Below, one piece after another: positions 1 through 9,570 of a stretch of DNA of 64,000 nt. This DNA is from Treponemataceae bacterium. GTDB lineage: Bacteria; Spirochaetota; Spirochaetia; Treponematales; Breznakiellaceae. Each line of letters begins with the position of its first letter. Position 1 is the stretch's first letter. The translations under genes were made by a program, and so were the position numbers. The stretch is from NCBI GenBank assembly GCA_031549725.1, contig JAVBPH010000017.1:236-64235 (forward strand), given 5' to 3'. The notes under the pieces were generated by a model that did no database searches, was not told the DNA's origin, and saw only the letters and a list, made by a program, of their open reading frames with translations.

Positions 1-371
1 GGCATAATGTTTGCCGCATTTCTCCGGCCTCCCGGAAACTAATCCAGGAAAAAGCACGGATCAGCATTAATAAGAATTTATTCACTTTTCAATAATATGA
101 TTTTTATATGGATATTTATGGAATATTTCAACAAAATTGCGAATATATGACATAAAACAAAAATTATTTACTTTCAATTCATTCATTTCTATGAATGTAA
201 TTTTTTTAAATCATTACATGATAAATCATCTTTTTCCCTGGCTTTTTTCGAATTTGTTTCATACATTTAAAAGAGGGAAAGGGAAAAATGCTTTACAAAT
301 ATGAAAACATGACTTATTCTTAACTCTGACAACGTTTTCATATAGTTAAATATTTCATTTGGAGGCATAAT

Positions 372-1394
372 ATGGCAAAGAGGGTACGGATAGGGGTAAT
401 CGGCGCCGGTAGGATTGGAAAAATCCATATCGACAATATCGTTTCCATTCCGGAAGCGGAACTTGTGGCGGTGGCGGATATCAACATGAATTCCGAAATG
501 GAAAAATGGATTAAATCAAAGGGTGTAAAAATAGTCACCAATAAACCTATGGACCTGATCAACTCCAAGGAAATTGATGCGGTGGTCATCTGCAGTTCCA
601 CCGACACCCATGCGGATTTTACGATTGCTGCAGCCAAAGCAAAAAAACATATTTTCTGCGAAAAACCCGTGGATACTTCGGTAGCCAAGGTGAAAAAAGC
701 CCTGGATGAAGTCAAAAAGGCCGGGGTGAAACTTCAGGTCGGGTTCAACCGCCGCTTTGACCATAACTTCAAGCGGATCCGGGAATACACCCTTTCCAGG
801 GAAATCGGGGATGTGCATGTGGTGAAAATCACCTCCCGGGACCCCGCCCCTCCTCCCGCCTCCTACGTTAAAGTATCCGGCGGCATATTCCTGGATATGA
901 TGATCCATGATTTTGATATGGCCCGTTTCCAGGCCGGCAGTGAAGTCACCGAAGTGTATGCCAGCGGCGCAGTCCTGGTGGACCCGGAAATCGGCCAGGC
1001 AGGTGATGTGGATACCGCTATCGTAACCCTCAAATTTGCCAACGGCGCCATCGGGGTAATTGATAATTCCCGGAAGGCGGTTTACGGCTACGACCAGCGG
1101 GTGGAAGTATTCGGCTCCAAGGGAAGCGCCTCCGCGGAGAACGATTTGTCCAACACGGTGCGGTTTTCCAATGCCAAGGGCGTGATTGGAGAAAAACCCC
1201 TTTACTTCTTCCTGGAACGCTACAAGGGAGCATTCCTGGAAGAAATGATCGCTTTTATCGAAGCGGTACAGAAAAACAAACCCGTGCCGGTTACCGGCGA
1301 AGATGGCCTGGAAGATATGTATGTCGCCCTGGCCGCCGCAAAATCCTTAAAGACAAACAAGCCGGTAAAGATTTCGGAAGTTAAGAAGGGATAA
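372..1394 (+). CDS. iolG: inositol 2-dehydrogenase (Gfo/Idh/MocA family)
   Basis: 340-aa ORF. N-terminal Rossmann motif IGVIGAGRIG. Length and layout fit Gfo/Idh/MocA. A ggagg RBS lies just upstream. Clustered with iolB/D/E. Confidence 0.85.
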   Translation: MAKRVRIGVIGAGRIGKIHIDNIVSIPEAELVAVADINMNSEMEKWIKSKGVKIVTNKPMDLINSKEIDAVVICSSTDTHADFTIAAAKAKKHIFCEKPVDTSVAKVKKALDEVKKAGVKLQVGFNRRFDHNFKRIREYTLSREIGDVHVVKITSRDPAPPPASYVKVSGGIFLDMMIHDFDMARFQAGSEVTEVYASGAVLVDPEIGQAGDVDTAIVTLKFANGAIGVIDNSRKAVYGYDQRVEVFGSKGSASAENDLSNTVRFSNAKGVIGEKPLYFFLERYKGAFLEEMIAFIEAVQKNKPVPVTGEDGLEDMYVALAAAKSLKTNKPVKISEVKKG

Positions 1395-1398
1395 AAAA

Positions 1399-2193
1399 AT
1401 GCAGTTACACCATAGAGCCCCCTTTAACCGGGGCTTTACCATGCTGGTACCCCGGAGCGGAGCCACGGCGGATATGCTCCAGGATCTGGGGGTTCTGGTT
1501 TTGAACCCGGGGGATTCCTATGAGTATGATTCTCCCGGGGATGAACAGTGCTGGCTCCTTTCCCACGGAACAGTCACCATAAGCTGGGATGGAAAAAGCC
1601 AGGAAATTTCCCGGCCAAATCTTTTTGATTATTCCCCCTGGTGCCTTTCGGTGCCCGCGGGAACAAAGGTAGTAATTAAGGCTAAGGAAAAATCCGAACT
1701 TTATTTCAGCGCCACCGATAACCCGAAGAAGTTCGCCCCCAAAATGTACACCCCGGAGGAATGCCGCAGCGAGTTCCGCGGGGAAGGTACCATGCGGGAA
1801 ACCTCCACCCGGATTGTCAGAACCATCTTTGACGACACCAACCGGCCCGAATCAAACCTGGTAATCGGCGAAGTGATCGGTGTCCCGGGAAAGTGGTCCA
1901 GCTATCCCCCGCATCACCATCCCCAGCCGGAGATTTACCATTACCGGTTCCTGCCGGAACAGGGTTTTGGTCTGACCGCCATTGGGGACCAGGCCTATAT
2001 CCTCCATGACAAGGATACAGTTCTGATCAGAGACGGAGAGGATCATCCCCAGGTAACCGCTCCGGGTTATGCCATGTGGTACCTTTGGGTTATCCGTCAT
2101 ATCGACGGAAACCATTATGGAACTCCCACCTTTACGGAAAAGCATACATGGGTTACCGGGCCGCAAGACAAGATCTGGCAGCCGAAGAGATAA
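1399..2193 (+). CDS. iolB: 5-deoxy-glucuronate isomerase
   Basis: 264-aa ORF with the KduI/IolB cupin signature (GKWSSYPPHHHPQPEIYHYRF). Starts 5 nt after the iolG stop. An alternative Met is at 1441. Confidence 0.85.
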   Translation: MQLHHRAPFNRGFTMLVPRSGATADMLQDLGVLVLNPGDSYEYDSPGDEQCWLLSHGTVTISWDGKSQEISRPNLFDYSPWCLSVPAGTKVVIKAKEKSELYFSATDNPKKFAPKMYTPEECRSEFRGEGTMRETSTRIVRTIFDDTNRPESNLVIGEVIGVPGKWSSYPPHHHPQPEIYHYRFLPEQGFGLTAIGDQAYILHDKDTVLIRDGEDHPQVTAPGYAMWYLWVIRHIDGNHYGTPTFTEKHTWVTGPQDKIWQPKR

Positions 2194-2200
2194 GTTAGGT

Positions 2201-2227
2201 TATCCCAAAGGTCTATCCTTTGGGATG
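2201..2227 (+). other. stem-loop in the iolB-iolD spacer (tatcccaaagg / cctttggga)
   Basis: A 10-bp perfect inverted repeat with a 4-5 nt loop, 8 nt after the iolB stop. No clear T-tract follows, so it may be an attenuator or RNA-stability hairpin rather than a strong terminator. Confidence 0.3.
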
Positions 2228-2374
2228 AATCTGAAAATAATACTTCGAATGGGCACTAATAAACATGAAATAGAAATCGGAATTTCATAAAAATGATCGA
2301 CCATATTTTCTTTGATAATTTTTATGAGTATTCATTAATAGTATTTTCCAAGTATACAAAATAAAGGAGATCTA

Positions 2375-4234
2375 ATGAGCACAGTAAAATTAACCGTAGG
2401 ACAGGCCCTGGTCCGGTTCCTGGATAATCAATACATAAACGTCGACGGCGAAGAAATTAAATTCGTCACCGGTGTGTTCGGCATTTTTGGTCACGGTGTG
2501 GTGGTTGGTTTCGGGGAAGCCCTGGCAGCTAAGGATCACAGCTTAACCTTTTACCAGGCAAAAAACGAACAGGGCGGCGCCCATGCAGCCATGGGCTATG
2601 CAAAACAGAACAACCGCCGGAGGATGATGGCGGTAACCAGCTCCATCGGTCCCGGTGCCCTTAACATGGTTACCGCCGCAGGAACCGCCACGGTGAACCG
2701 TATTCCCGTGCTTTTCCTTCCCGGCGATGCCTTTGCCTGCCGCCAGCCCGATCCGGTGCTGCAGCAGGTGGAGACTCCCCAGGATTATACCTCCACGGCC
2801 AGTGATGCCTTCCGGGCGGTGAGCCGTTACTGGGACCGGGTAAACCGTCCGGAACAGCTTATGACCGCCATGATCAATGCCTTCCGGGTCCTGACCGATC
2901 CTGCGGAAACCGGGGCGGTTACCGTCTCCCTGCCCCAGGATGTTCAGGGAGAAGTATACGATTACCCCGAGGAATTCCTTGCCAAGAGGGTTCACTATAT
3001 AGAAAGAAGACCCCCCACAAAATCCCAGATTGAACGGGCGACTGCCATGCTTAAGGCTGCAAAAAAACCTATGGTGATCTGCGGCGGCGGAATCCGTTAT
3101 TCCGGCGCCGGGATAGCCCTGGAAAAATTCTGTAAAGCATACCATATTCCCTTCGGGGAAACCCAGGCCGGCAAGGGAACCATCCTCTGGGATAATCCCT
3201 ACAATCTTTCGGGTATCGGGAACACCGGGGCCGAGGGGGCCAACAAACTGGCCAAGGAAGCGGACCTGATTATTGCCGCAGGAACCAGACTGGGGGATTT
3301 TACCACCTGCTCCAAGTGGCTTTTCCAGAATCCCGACGTGAAAATCATGGGTATCAATATTGCACCCTTTGATGCATACAAGATGAACGGACTCCCTTTT
3401 ATTGTTGATGCAAAACTGATGCTCGAAGCCCTTAATAAAAGCGCATCAGGTTACAAAAGCAAATGGGGTGAGGAAATAAAAAAAACAAAGGAAGCATGGA
3501 ACAAGGAAGTAGACAGTCTCTACACCCAGGAGGACCCCGCGGGGCTTTCCCAGGTCCGGGTGTTGGGGGAACTCAACGACCGGCTTCTGCCGAAAAATGC
3601 TATTGCCGTCTCCGGGTCCGGGTCCATTCCCAGCGACATGCAGCGGGTATGGCGGACCAGGGTGAAAGATACTTATCATATGGAATACGGTTTTTCCTGC
3701 ATGGGGTATGAAATCGCCGCGGCCCTGGGAACAAAAATTGCCAGACCGGACCAGGAAGCAGTGGCCATCGTGGGGGATGGAGCTTATACCATGCTCCACA
3801 CCGAGCTTCTTACCGCAGTACAGGAAGGGAAAAAAATTATTGTGGTGGTTCTGGATAATGCGGGGTTCCAGTGCATCGACAACCTCCAGGGCAGCCAGGG
3901 AATTGGCCATTTCGGCAACGAATGGAAAAAGCGGAATGCAAAATCAGGCAGACTTGACGGGGCTCCGGTCCAGGTGGACTACGCCAAAAATGCCGAAAGC
4001 TGGGGAGCCCGGGGACTCAGAGCCAAGACGCCTGAAGAATTAAAAAAGGCCGTCAGAGCAGCCCTGAAGGAAACAGGATCGGTGGTAATCGATGTGAAGG
4101 TCACCCCCAAATCCATGACCCATGGATATGATGCATGGTGGCGGGTAGGAACGGCCCAGGTATCTGCCAATCCGAAGGTTACCAAGGCAGCCAAGGAAAT
4201 GCAGGCGGAAGCCGCAAAGGCAAGAAAATTCTAA
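2375..4234 (+). CDS. iolD: 3D-(3,5/4)-trihydroxycyclohexane-1,2-dione acylhydrolase (ThDP-dependent)
   Basis: 619-aa ORF with the architecture of a ThDP enzyme, including the GDG...N motif (IVGDGAYTML...VLDNAGF). RBS aaaggag. iol gene context. Confidence 0.9.
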   Translation: MSTVKLTVGQALVRFLDNQYINVDGEEIKFVTGVFGIFGHGVVVGFGEALAAKDHSLTFYQAKNEQGGAHAAMGYAKQNNRRRMMAVTSSIGPGALNMVTAAGTATVNRIPVLFLPGDAFACRQPDPVLQQVETPQDYTSTASDAFRAVSRYWDRVNRPEQLMTAMINAFRVLTDPAETGAVTVSLPQDVQGEVYDYPEEFLAKRVHYIERRPPTKSQIERATAMLKAAKKPMVICGGGIRYSGAGIALEKFCKAYHIPFGETQAGKGTILWDNPYNLSGIGNTGAEGANKLAKEADLIIAAGTRLGDFTTCSKWLFQNPDVKIMGINIAPFDAYKMNGLPFIVDAKLMLEALNKSASGYKSKWGEEIKKTKEAWNKEVDSLYTQEDPAGLSQVRVLGELNDRLLPKNAIAVSGSGSIPSDMQRVWRTRVKDTYHMEYGFSCMGYEIAAALGTKIARPDQEAVAIVGDGAYTMLHTELLTAVQEGKKIIVVVLDNAGFQCIDNLQGSQGIGHFGNEWKKRNAKSGRLDGAPVQVDYAKNAESWGARGLRAKTPEELKKAVRAALKETGSVVIDVKVTPKSMTHGYDAWWRVGTAQVSANPKVTKAAKEMQAEAAKARKF

Positions 4235-4260
4235 GCTGTAATATTGGATGAAGACTTGAA

Positions 4261-4631
4261 GTGAACCCTTCAAGTCTTCAGGGACCGGAGTTATCCCGGT
4301 GGTTGAGGTTCTCGAAACCATCGGCGAAAGAAAACTTGTTCGTCACGGGGCCCTTCGAGAGCCTCAGGGACCGGAGTTTTCCGGTGGTTGAGGTTCCCGA
4401 AACCCACCAGCGAATGAAAGCTTGTTCGTCACGGGGCCCTTCGAGAGCCTCAGGGACCGGGGTTGTCCCGGTGGTTGAGGTTCTCGAAACCACCAGCGAA
4501 AGAAAGCTTGTTCGTCACGGGGCCCTTCGAGAGCCTCAGGGGCCGGAGTTTTCCGGTGGTTGAGGTTCCCGAAACCACCAGTGAATGAAAGCTTGTTCGT
4601 CACGGGGCCCTTCGAGAGCCTCAGGGACCGG
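4261..4631 (+). repeat. family A tandem array: about 4.4 copies of an 85-86 bp structured unit
   Basis: The anchor cccttcgagagcctcaggg recurs at 4266 (degenerate), 4351, 4437, 4523 and 4608. Each unit carries ccgg-N6-ccgg, ggtggtt...aaccacc and ttcgagagcctc...gaggttc(t/c)cgaa inverted repeats. Track ORFs on both strands here are repeat artefacts. Confidence 0.9.
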
Positions 4632-4701
4632 CATTTGGGATTTGTTCTGATGCCTCCGCGGAATGCGGGGACATCCTCGAAATAAGAAAGGAGTAAATTG
4701 T

Positions 4702-5595
4702 ATGGCAGAAAGCAAAATTAAACTGGCTATAGCCCCTATCGGCTGGACGAATGATGATCTTCCTGAACTGGGAGGCGGAATTCCCTTTGAGCAGTGTGTC
4801 AGTGAAATGGCCCTGGCGGGATTCCAGGGCAGTGAAGTAGGAAATAAATATCCCAAGGACCCAAAGGTTCTTAATCAGGCCCTGAAACTCCGGGGACTCA
4901 CTATCTGTAACGCCTGGTTCAGTTCTTTCCTGACCACAAAACCCTACAAGGAAGTGGAAAAGGAATTTATCAAGCACCGGGATTTTCTGTATGCCGTGGG
5001 TGCCAGGGTAATTGGGGCGGCTGAACAGGGCCATTCCATCCAGGGAGATCAAACCAAATCCGTTTTTAATGATAAACCCACATTCACCGATGAGGAATGG
5101 AAACTGCTCTGTGAAGGCCTGAACAAACTTGGCAAAAAAGCCGCTGAAAAAGGGATGAAGCTGACCTATCATCACCACATGGGAACCGGGGTCCAGACCG
5201 CCGCAGAAATAGATAGATTGATGGAAAACACCGATCCCGAGCTCCTGGGATTGTTGTACGATACGGGTCACCTGGTGTTCTCCGGGGAAGACCATCTGGC
5301 GGTGCTTACAAAATGGATGAAACGGATCCGGCATGTCCATCTGAAGGACATGCGGCCGGCTGTCCGCAATAAGGCAAAAAACGGAAAATGGTCCTTCCTG
5401 CGGGCGGTCAAGGAAGGGGTCTTCACGGTCCCCGGGGACGGGGCAGTTGATTTTGCACCCATTTTCGATGCCCTGAAAAAGGCAAAATACGAAGGCTGGT
5501 GGGTGGTAGAAGCCGAACAGGACCCGGCTAAAGCGAATCCCCTGGAATATGCCATGAAAGCCAGAGCATATATTAAGGAAAAGGCAAAGATTTAA
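4702..5595 (+). CDS. iolE: inosose (2-keto-myo-inositol) dehydratase
   Basis: TIM-barrel sugar-phosphate isomerase/epimerase-like protein with an IolE-type N-terminus ([24 protein letters not shown]). Start set at ATG 4702, behind aggag. The track start 4663 has no RBS. Confidence 0.85.
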   Translation: MAESKIKLAIAPIGWTNDDLPELGGGIPFEQCVSEMALAGFQGSEVGNKYPKDPKVLNQALKLRGLTICNAWFSSFLTTKPYKEVEKEFIKHRDFLYAVGARVIGAAEQGHSIQGDQTKSVFNDKPTFTDEEWKLLCEGLNKLGKKAAEKGMKLTYHHHMGTGVQTAAEIDRLMENTDPELLGLLYDTGHLVFSGEDHLAVLTKWMKRIRHVHLKDMRPAVRNKAKNGKWSFLRAVKEGVFTVPGDGAVDFAPIFDALKKAKYEGWWVVEAEQDPAKANPLEYAMKARAYIKEKAKI

Positions 5596-5792
5596 TGTTT
5601 TTAGAAGTTCCCTTTATTTACTTCGGGGCTGGGAAGATTTATTTTGAATGTATTAAAGGGGAAACATGGAGCTGAAATCCTATCCGGAGACTGCTTAATA
5701 AAAGAAGATACGGAAAATGTTCGGCCCCGGGTTTACTCACCAAGCCCCGTATACAGGGAATAATATCTTAATTTATTTTCAAGGAGACAAAA

Positions 5793-6830
5793 ATGGGAAA
5801 GGTGAAAGTAGGAGTAGCCGGGTACGGAGTAATAGGGCAGCGGCTGGCCGACGGAGTGGCGCTGCAGCAGGATATGGAACTGGTGGGAGTGGCGGATGTG
5901 GCGCCGACGCTTTCGGTGAGGGCGCTTAAGGAAAAAGGGATGCCCTATAGACTGTACACGGCCCTTCCTGAAAAACGGGAAGAACTGGACAAGGCGGGAA
6001 TTCCCATATCCGGCACTTTGGAAGACCTGGTAAAACAGGTGGATGTGATGCTCGATGCCACCAACGCGGGAGTGGGAGCCAAGAACAAGGAACTTTACGC
6101 CAAATACAGCAAGAAGGGAATTTTCCAGGGAGGAGAAAAAAATAATGTGGCGGATGTTTTTTTCCACGGATATGCCAATTATGAAAAGGGAATCGGGGCG
6201 CAGTTCCTGAAATTGACCTCCTGCAATACCACCGGCCTTATCCGGGCGGTGGATTGTATGGACCGCAAGGTGGGGGTTGAAAAGGTGGCGATCACCATAA
6301 TCCGGCGGGTGGCGGATCCCGGGGATTACCACCGGGGGTTAACCAATGCCCTCCAGGTGGACCATGCCCCGAGCCACCAGGCACTGGACCTGATGACCAT
6401 CATGCCCCATGTGGATGCCACGGGGATCCTGGTGCATACGCCGGTGACCCACGGCCATATCATCTCCATCGTCATGACCACTAAAAAGGAAGTGTCTCCG
6501 GAGGAGGCGCTTAAATACTTTGACGAACACCCCCGGATCCGGCTGGTGTCCCTGGATGAGGGATTCCTGGGGAATGCGAGCCTGTTCCGGTATGCCCGGG
6601 ACCTGGGTAATCCCCGGGGGGATATGTATGAAATCGCCCTTTGGCGGGACACGGTGGTGAAGAGCGGGAAGGACCTGATGTTTGCCATCAATATTCCCCA
6701 GGAATCGGTAACTATTCCGGAAACCATGGATGCCATCCGGGCAAGTATGGGCATGCAGAAAGACCGGATTGAAGCAACGAATACCACCAACAAATATTTA
6801 GGGATAGGAAAATGGAAGGACCTCGGCTGA
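5793..6830 (+). CDS. gap: type II (archaeal-type) glyceraldehyde-3-phosphate dehydrogenase
   Basis: 345-aa ORF that matches archaeal GAPDH by eye along its whole length: GYGVIGQR N-terminus, FQGGEK, active-site SCNTTGL, IRRVADP, PSHQ. RBS aaggaga. Confidence 0.85.
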   Translation: MGKVKVGVAGYGVIGQRLADGVALQQDMELVGVADVAPTLSVRALKEKGMPYRLYTALPEKREELDKAGIPISGTLEDLVKQVDVMLDATNAGVGAKNKELYAKYSKKGIFQGGEKNNVADVFFHGYANYEKGIGAQFLKLTSCNTTGLIRAVDCMDRKVGVEKVAITIIRRVADPGDYHRGLTNALQVDHAPSHQALDLMTIMPHVDATGILVHTPVTHGHIISIVMTTKKEVSPEEALKYFDEHPRIRLVSLDEGFLGNASLFRYARDLGNPRGDMYEIALWRDTVVKSGKDLMFAINIPQESVTIPETMDAIRASMGMQKDRIEATNTTNKYLGIGKWKDLG

Positions 6831-8101
6831 AAATAAAAAGCCTTAAGGATTACAGCTTTAAGGGGAAGACCGTTATCTTCCGGCCCGACATCAATTCACC
6901 GGTTGATGGGAAGACAAAAAAGATCGTCAACACCAACCGGATTGAAAAGACGGTCCCCACCTTAAAGTACCTCCTGGACCAGGGGGCTAAGGTGGCGCTG
7001 ATAGCCCACCAGGGGGATACCCTGGATTATGAGAACCTGATACCCCTGGCGGAACACGCGGAAAAGCTTTCGGCATTGATGGGGAGGAAGATCGGATATA
7101 TTGATGATGTGTGCGGCCCCGCGGCTCAGGAGGCGGTGAAGCAGCTGAAGGACGGGGAATGCATCATCCTGGGGAACCTCCGGTACCTTACGGAGGAAGT
7201 ATCCGGGTTTGAAAAGGAAGTAAAACTGAAGCCGGAGGAGATGCTGGAAACCTGGCTCGTCCGGAGTTTAGCACCATTGGGGGACATCTATGTGAACGAT
7301 GCGTTTGCGGCGGCCCACCGGAATGCCCCGTCCATGGTGGCCTTCCAGGAGCTGCTTCCGAGTGCGGGGGGGCTCCAGCTGATGGAGGAATACACCGCCC
7401 TCAAATCGGTGATGGATAATCCCAAGCGTCCCTGTATCTTTGTGCTGGGGGGAGCAAAAATTTCCGATGCCTTCGGGATGATGCGGAAAGCCCTGGAAGA
7501 TAAAACCGCGGACCTGATTCTGACCGGGGGTGTCACGGGCTTACTGATGCTTATGGCCAAAGGGATTGACCTGGGAACCAAGACAAAACAGTTTATGGCG
7601 GACCGGGACCTCCTGGTGTTTCTGCCGGAAGCCCAGGACCTTCTGGACAAATGGGGGGACCGGTATGTACTACCGGTGGACCTGGCTTACGAAAAGGACG
7701 GGAAGCGGATGGAACTGGATGTCAGGGATATACCCGCACCATTCTCAAATGATATCCTGTATCCTGATCTGGGACAGAAAACCATCAGCCTGTTCAAGGA
7801 ACAGATCGCAAAGGCCGGAGCTATTTTTGTTAACGGCCCTGCGGGCATGTACGAAAACTCCCTCTTCGCTGACGGAACCAGGGAAATCTGGCGGGCCATA
7901 GCGGATGCCCCGGGTTATACCGTGGTGGGCGGCGGGGATACCATCAGTGCAGCCGCGGAGTTCACGGACCTTTCGAAATACTCGTATGTGTGCACCGCCG
8001 GGGGAGCCATGGTGAGGTTCCTGGGCGGGAAAAAGCTGCCGTTGATTGAGGCTATGGAAAAGGCCTATGACCGTAATATAACATCTCCCATAAGGAAGTA
8101 A
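6812..8101 (+). CDS. pgk: phosphoglycerate kinase, archaeal-type
   Basis: 429-aa ORF with FKGKTVIFRPDINSPVD...RIEKTVPTLKYLLDQGAKVALIAHQGD, the archaeal PGK N-terminal pattern rather than the bacterial NVP/SHLGRP pattern. C-terminal GGGDT motif. Overlaps gap by 19 nt. Confidence 0.85.
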   Translation: MEGPRLKIKSLKDYSFKGKTVIFRPDINSPVDGKTKKIVNTNRIEKTVPTLKYLLDQGAKVALIAHQGDTLDYENLIPLAEHAEKLSALMGRKIGYIDDVCGPAAQEAVKQLKDGECIILGNLRYLTEEVSGFEKEVKLKPEEMLETWLVRSLAPLGDIYVNDAFAAAHRNAPSMVAFQELLPSAGGLQLMEEYTALKSVMDNPKRPCIFVLGGAKISDAFGMMRKALEDKTADLILTGGVTGLLMLMAKGIDLGTKTKQFMADRDLLVFLPEAQDLLDKWGDRYVLPVDLAYEKDGKRMELDVRDIPAPFSNDILYPDLGQKTISLFKEQIAKAGAIFVNGPAGMYENSLFADGTREIWRAIADAPGYTVVGGGDTISAAAEFTDLSKYSYVCTAGGAMVRFLGGKKLPLIEAMEKAYDRNITSPIRK

Positions 8102-8103
8102 CC

Positions 8104-9558
8104 ATGAAGATTGATCCAACCTTACAAAACCTGGGTTCCCTGTTCCCCGCGGATTTTACCGATGACCAGAAGGCCCAGGCGCAGACACTGTTTCTGAAAA
8201 ACCTTTCCCTGGAAGCCCACCGTTTTTACGGGGGCAAGATGCAGACATTGCCAAAATGCGGTATCTATGGGCTGAACTGGTTTAATGTGTGGTATACCCC
8301 GGGGGTATCCAAGATATCAACCACGATCCGTGATGACAACGATGCATCCTTTGCCCTTTCCAACCGGGGGAACCTGGTGGCGGTGGTATCCGACTCCACC
8401 CGGGTCCTGGGGGATGGGGACTGTACGCCTCCGGGGGGCTTGGGGGTGATGGAAGGGAAAGCCATGATCATGAAGTACCTGGGCGGGGTGGATGCGGTGG
8501 CCCTGTGTGTGGATTCGAGGGGCAAAGACGGGAAGAACGATCCTGAGAAAATCATTGAGTTGGTGAAGATGGTCCAGCATTCCTTTGGGGCAATCAACCT
8601 GGAGGATATCAGCCAGCCGAACTGCTTCAAGGTGCTGGATGATCTGCGGGAAGCCTGTGATATACCGGTGTGGCATGACGATGCCCAGGGGACAGCCTGT
8701 GTGACCCTGGCGGGACTTATCAACGCATTGAAGATTACCGGGAAAAAACTGGAGGATGTGAAGATTGTCCTCCTCGGTGCGGGGGCATCCAACACGACCA
8801 TTGCCCGGCTGATTCTGACCGACGGGGGAGATCCCAAAAAGATGATCATGTTTGATTCGAAGGGATCGCTCCACACCGGGCGGGAGGATATTAAGAAGGA
8901 TCCCCGGAATTACCGGAAGTGGGAACTGTGTGAACAGACGAACCCGGATAAGGTAATGGCTATGGAAGAAGCCATGCAGGGAGCGGATGTGCTCATTGCC
9001 CTTTCTACACCCGGCCCTGATACGGTAAAGCGGGAATGGGTCAGGGCCATGGCGGATAAATCGATCGTGTTTGCCTGCGCCAATCCGGTACCGGAGATCT
9101 GGCCCTATGCGGCCAAGGAAGAGGGGGCGTTCATAGTGGCCACGGGGCGGGGGGATTTTCCTAATCAGGTGAACAATTCGGTGTGCTTCCCGGGGATACT
9201 GAAGGGAGCCCTCCTGGTCCGGGCAAAAAAGATTACCGACGGTATGGCGATCCGGGCGGCGCATTCGATTGCGGACTTTTCCGAAAAACGGGGCATCACT
9301 GCGGACAATATTATTGCCACCATGGAAGAAACCGATGTCTTTGCCCAGGAGGCGGCGGATGTGGCCATGGAGGCGATCAAGGAAGGGGTTGCCCGGGTCA
9401 GCTTGACCAGGGATGAGGTGTATCAGCAGGCCAAGGCGGATATCGCGGAAGCCCGGGCATTGGTGGAGGACATGAAGAAACTGGGACATATTAAGGAGCC
9501 CCCTGCGGAAATGCTCGAAGCGGCTTTGAAAAAAGCCATTGAAGCGGTAAGAAAATAA
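8104..9558 (+). CDS. NAD(P)-dependent malic enzyme (short form)
   Basis: 484-aa ORF with YTPGV, VVSDSTRVLGDGD, GVMEGKAMIMKYLGGVDA and a LLGAGAS Rossmann motif. Starts 2 nt after the pgk stop. Confidence 0.85.
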   Translation: MKIDPTLQNLGSLFPADFTDDQKAQAQTLFLKNLSLEAHRFYGGKMQTLPKCGIYGLNWFNVWYTPGVSKISTTIRDDNDASFALSNRGNLVAVVSDSTRVLGDGDCTPPGGLGVMEGKAMIMKYLGGVDAVALCVDSRGKDGKNDPEKIIELVKMVQHSFGAINLEDISQPNCFKVLDDLREACDIPVWHDDAQGTACVTLAGLINALKITGKKLEDVKIVLLGAGASNTTIARLILTDGGDPKKMIMFDSKGSLHTGREDIKKDPRNYRKWELCEQTNPDKVMAMEEAMQGADVLIALSTPGPDTVKREWVRAMADKSIVFACANPVPEIWPYAAKEEGAFIVATGRGDFPNQVNNSVCFPGILKGALLVRAKKITDGMAIRAAHSIADFSEKRGITADNIIATMEETDVFAQEAADVAMEAIKEGVARVSLTRDEVYQQAKADIAEARALVEDMKKLGHIKEPPAEMLEAALKKAIEAVRK

Positions 9559-9570
9559 ATATTCTCTGAG

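Noticed and set aside
4261-4631. Possible CRISPR array, given the regular period of about 86 bp
   Set aside because: The whole 86-bp unit is repeated, with no unique spacers between short direct repeats. No cas genes are in the window, and related units occur singly elsewhere. It is a tandem array of a structured repeat, not a CRISPR.
4261-4856. Track ORFs across the A array (4261-4563 +, 4278-4493 -, 4364-4603 -, 4536-4856 -)
   Set aside because: They are periodic translations of the repeat itself on both strands. They have no RBS and no protein-like composition.
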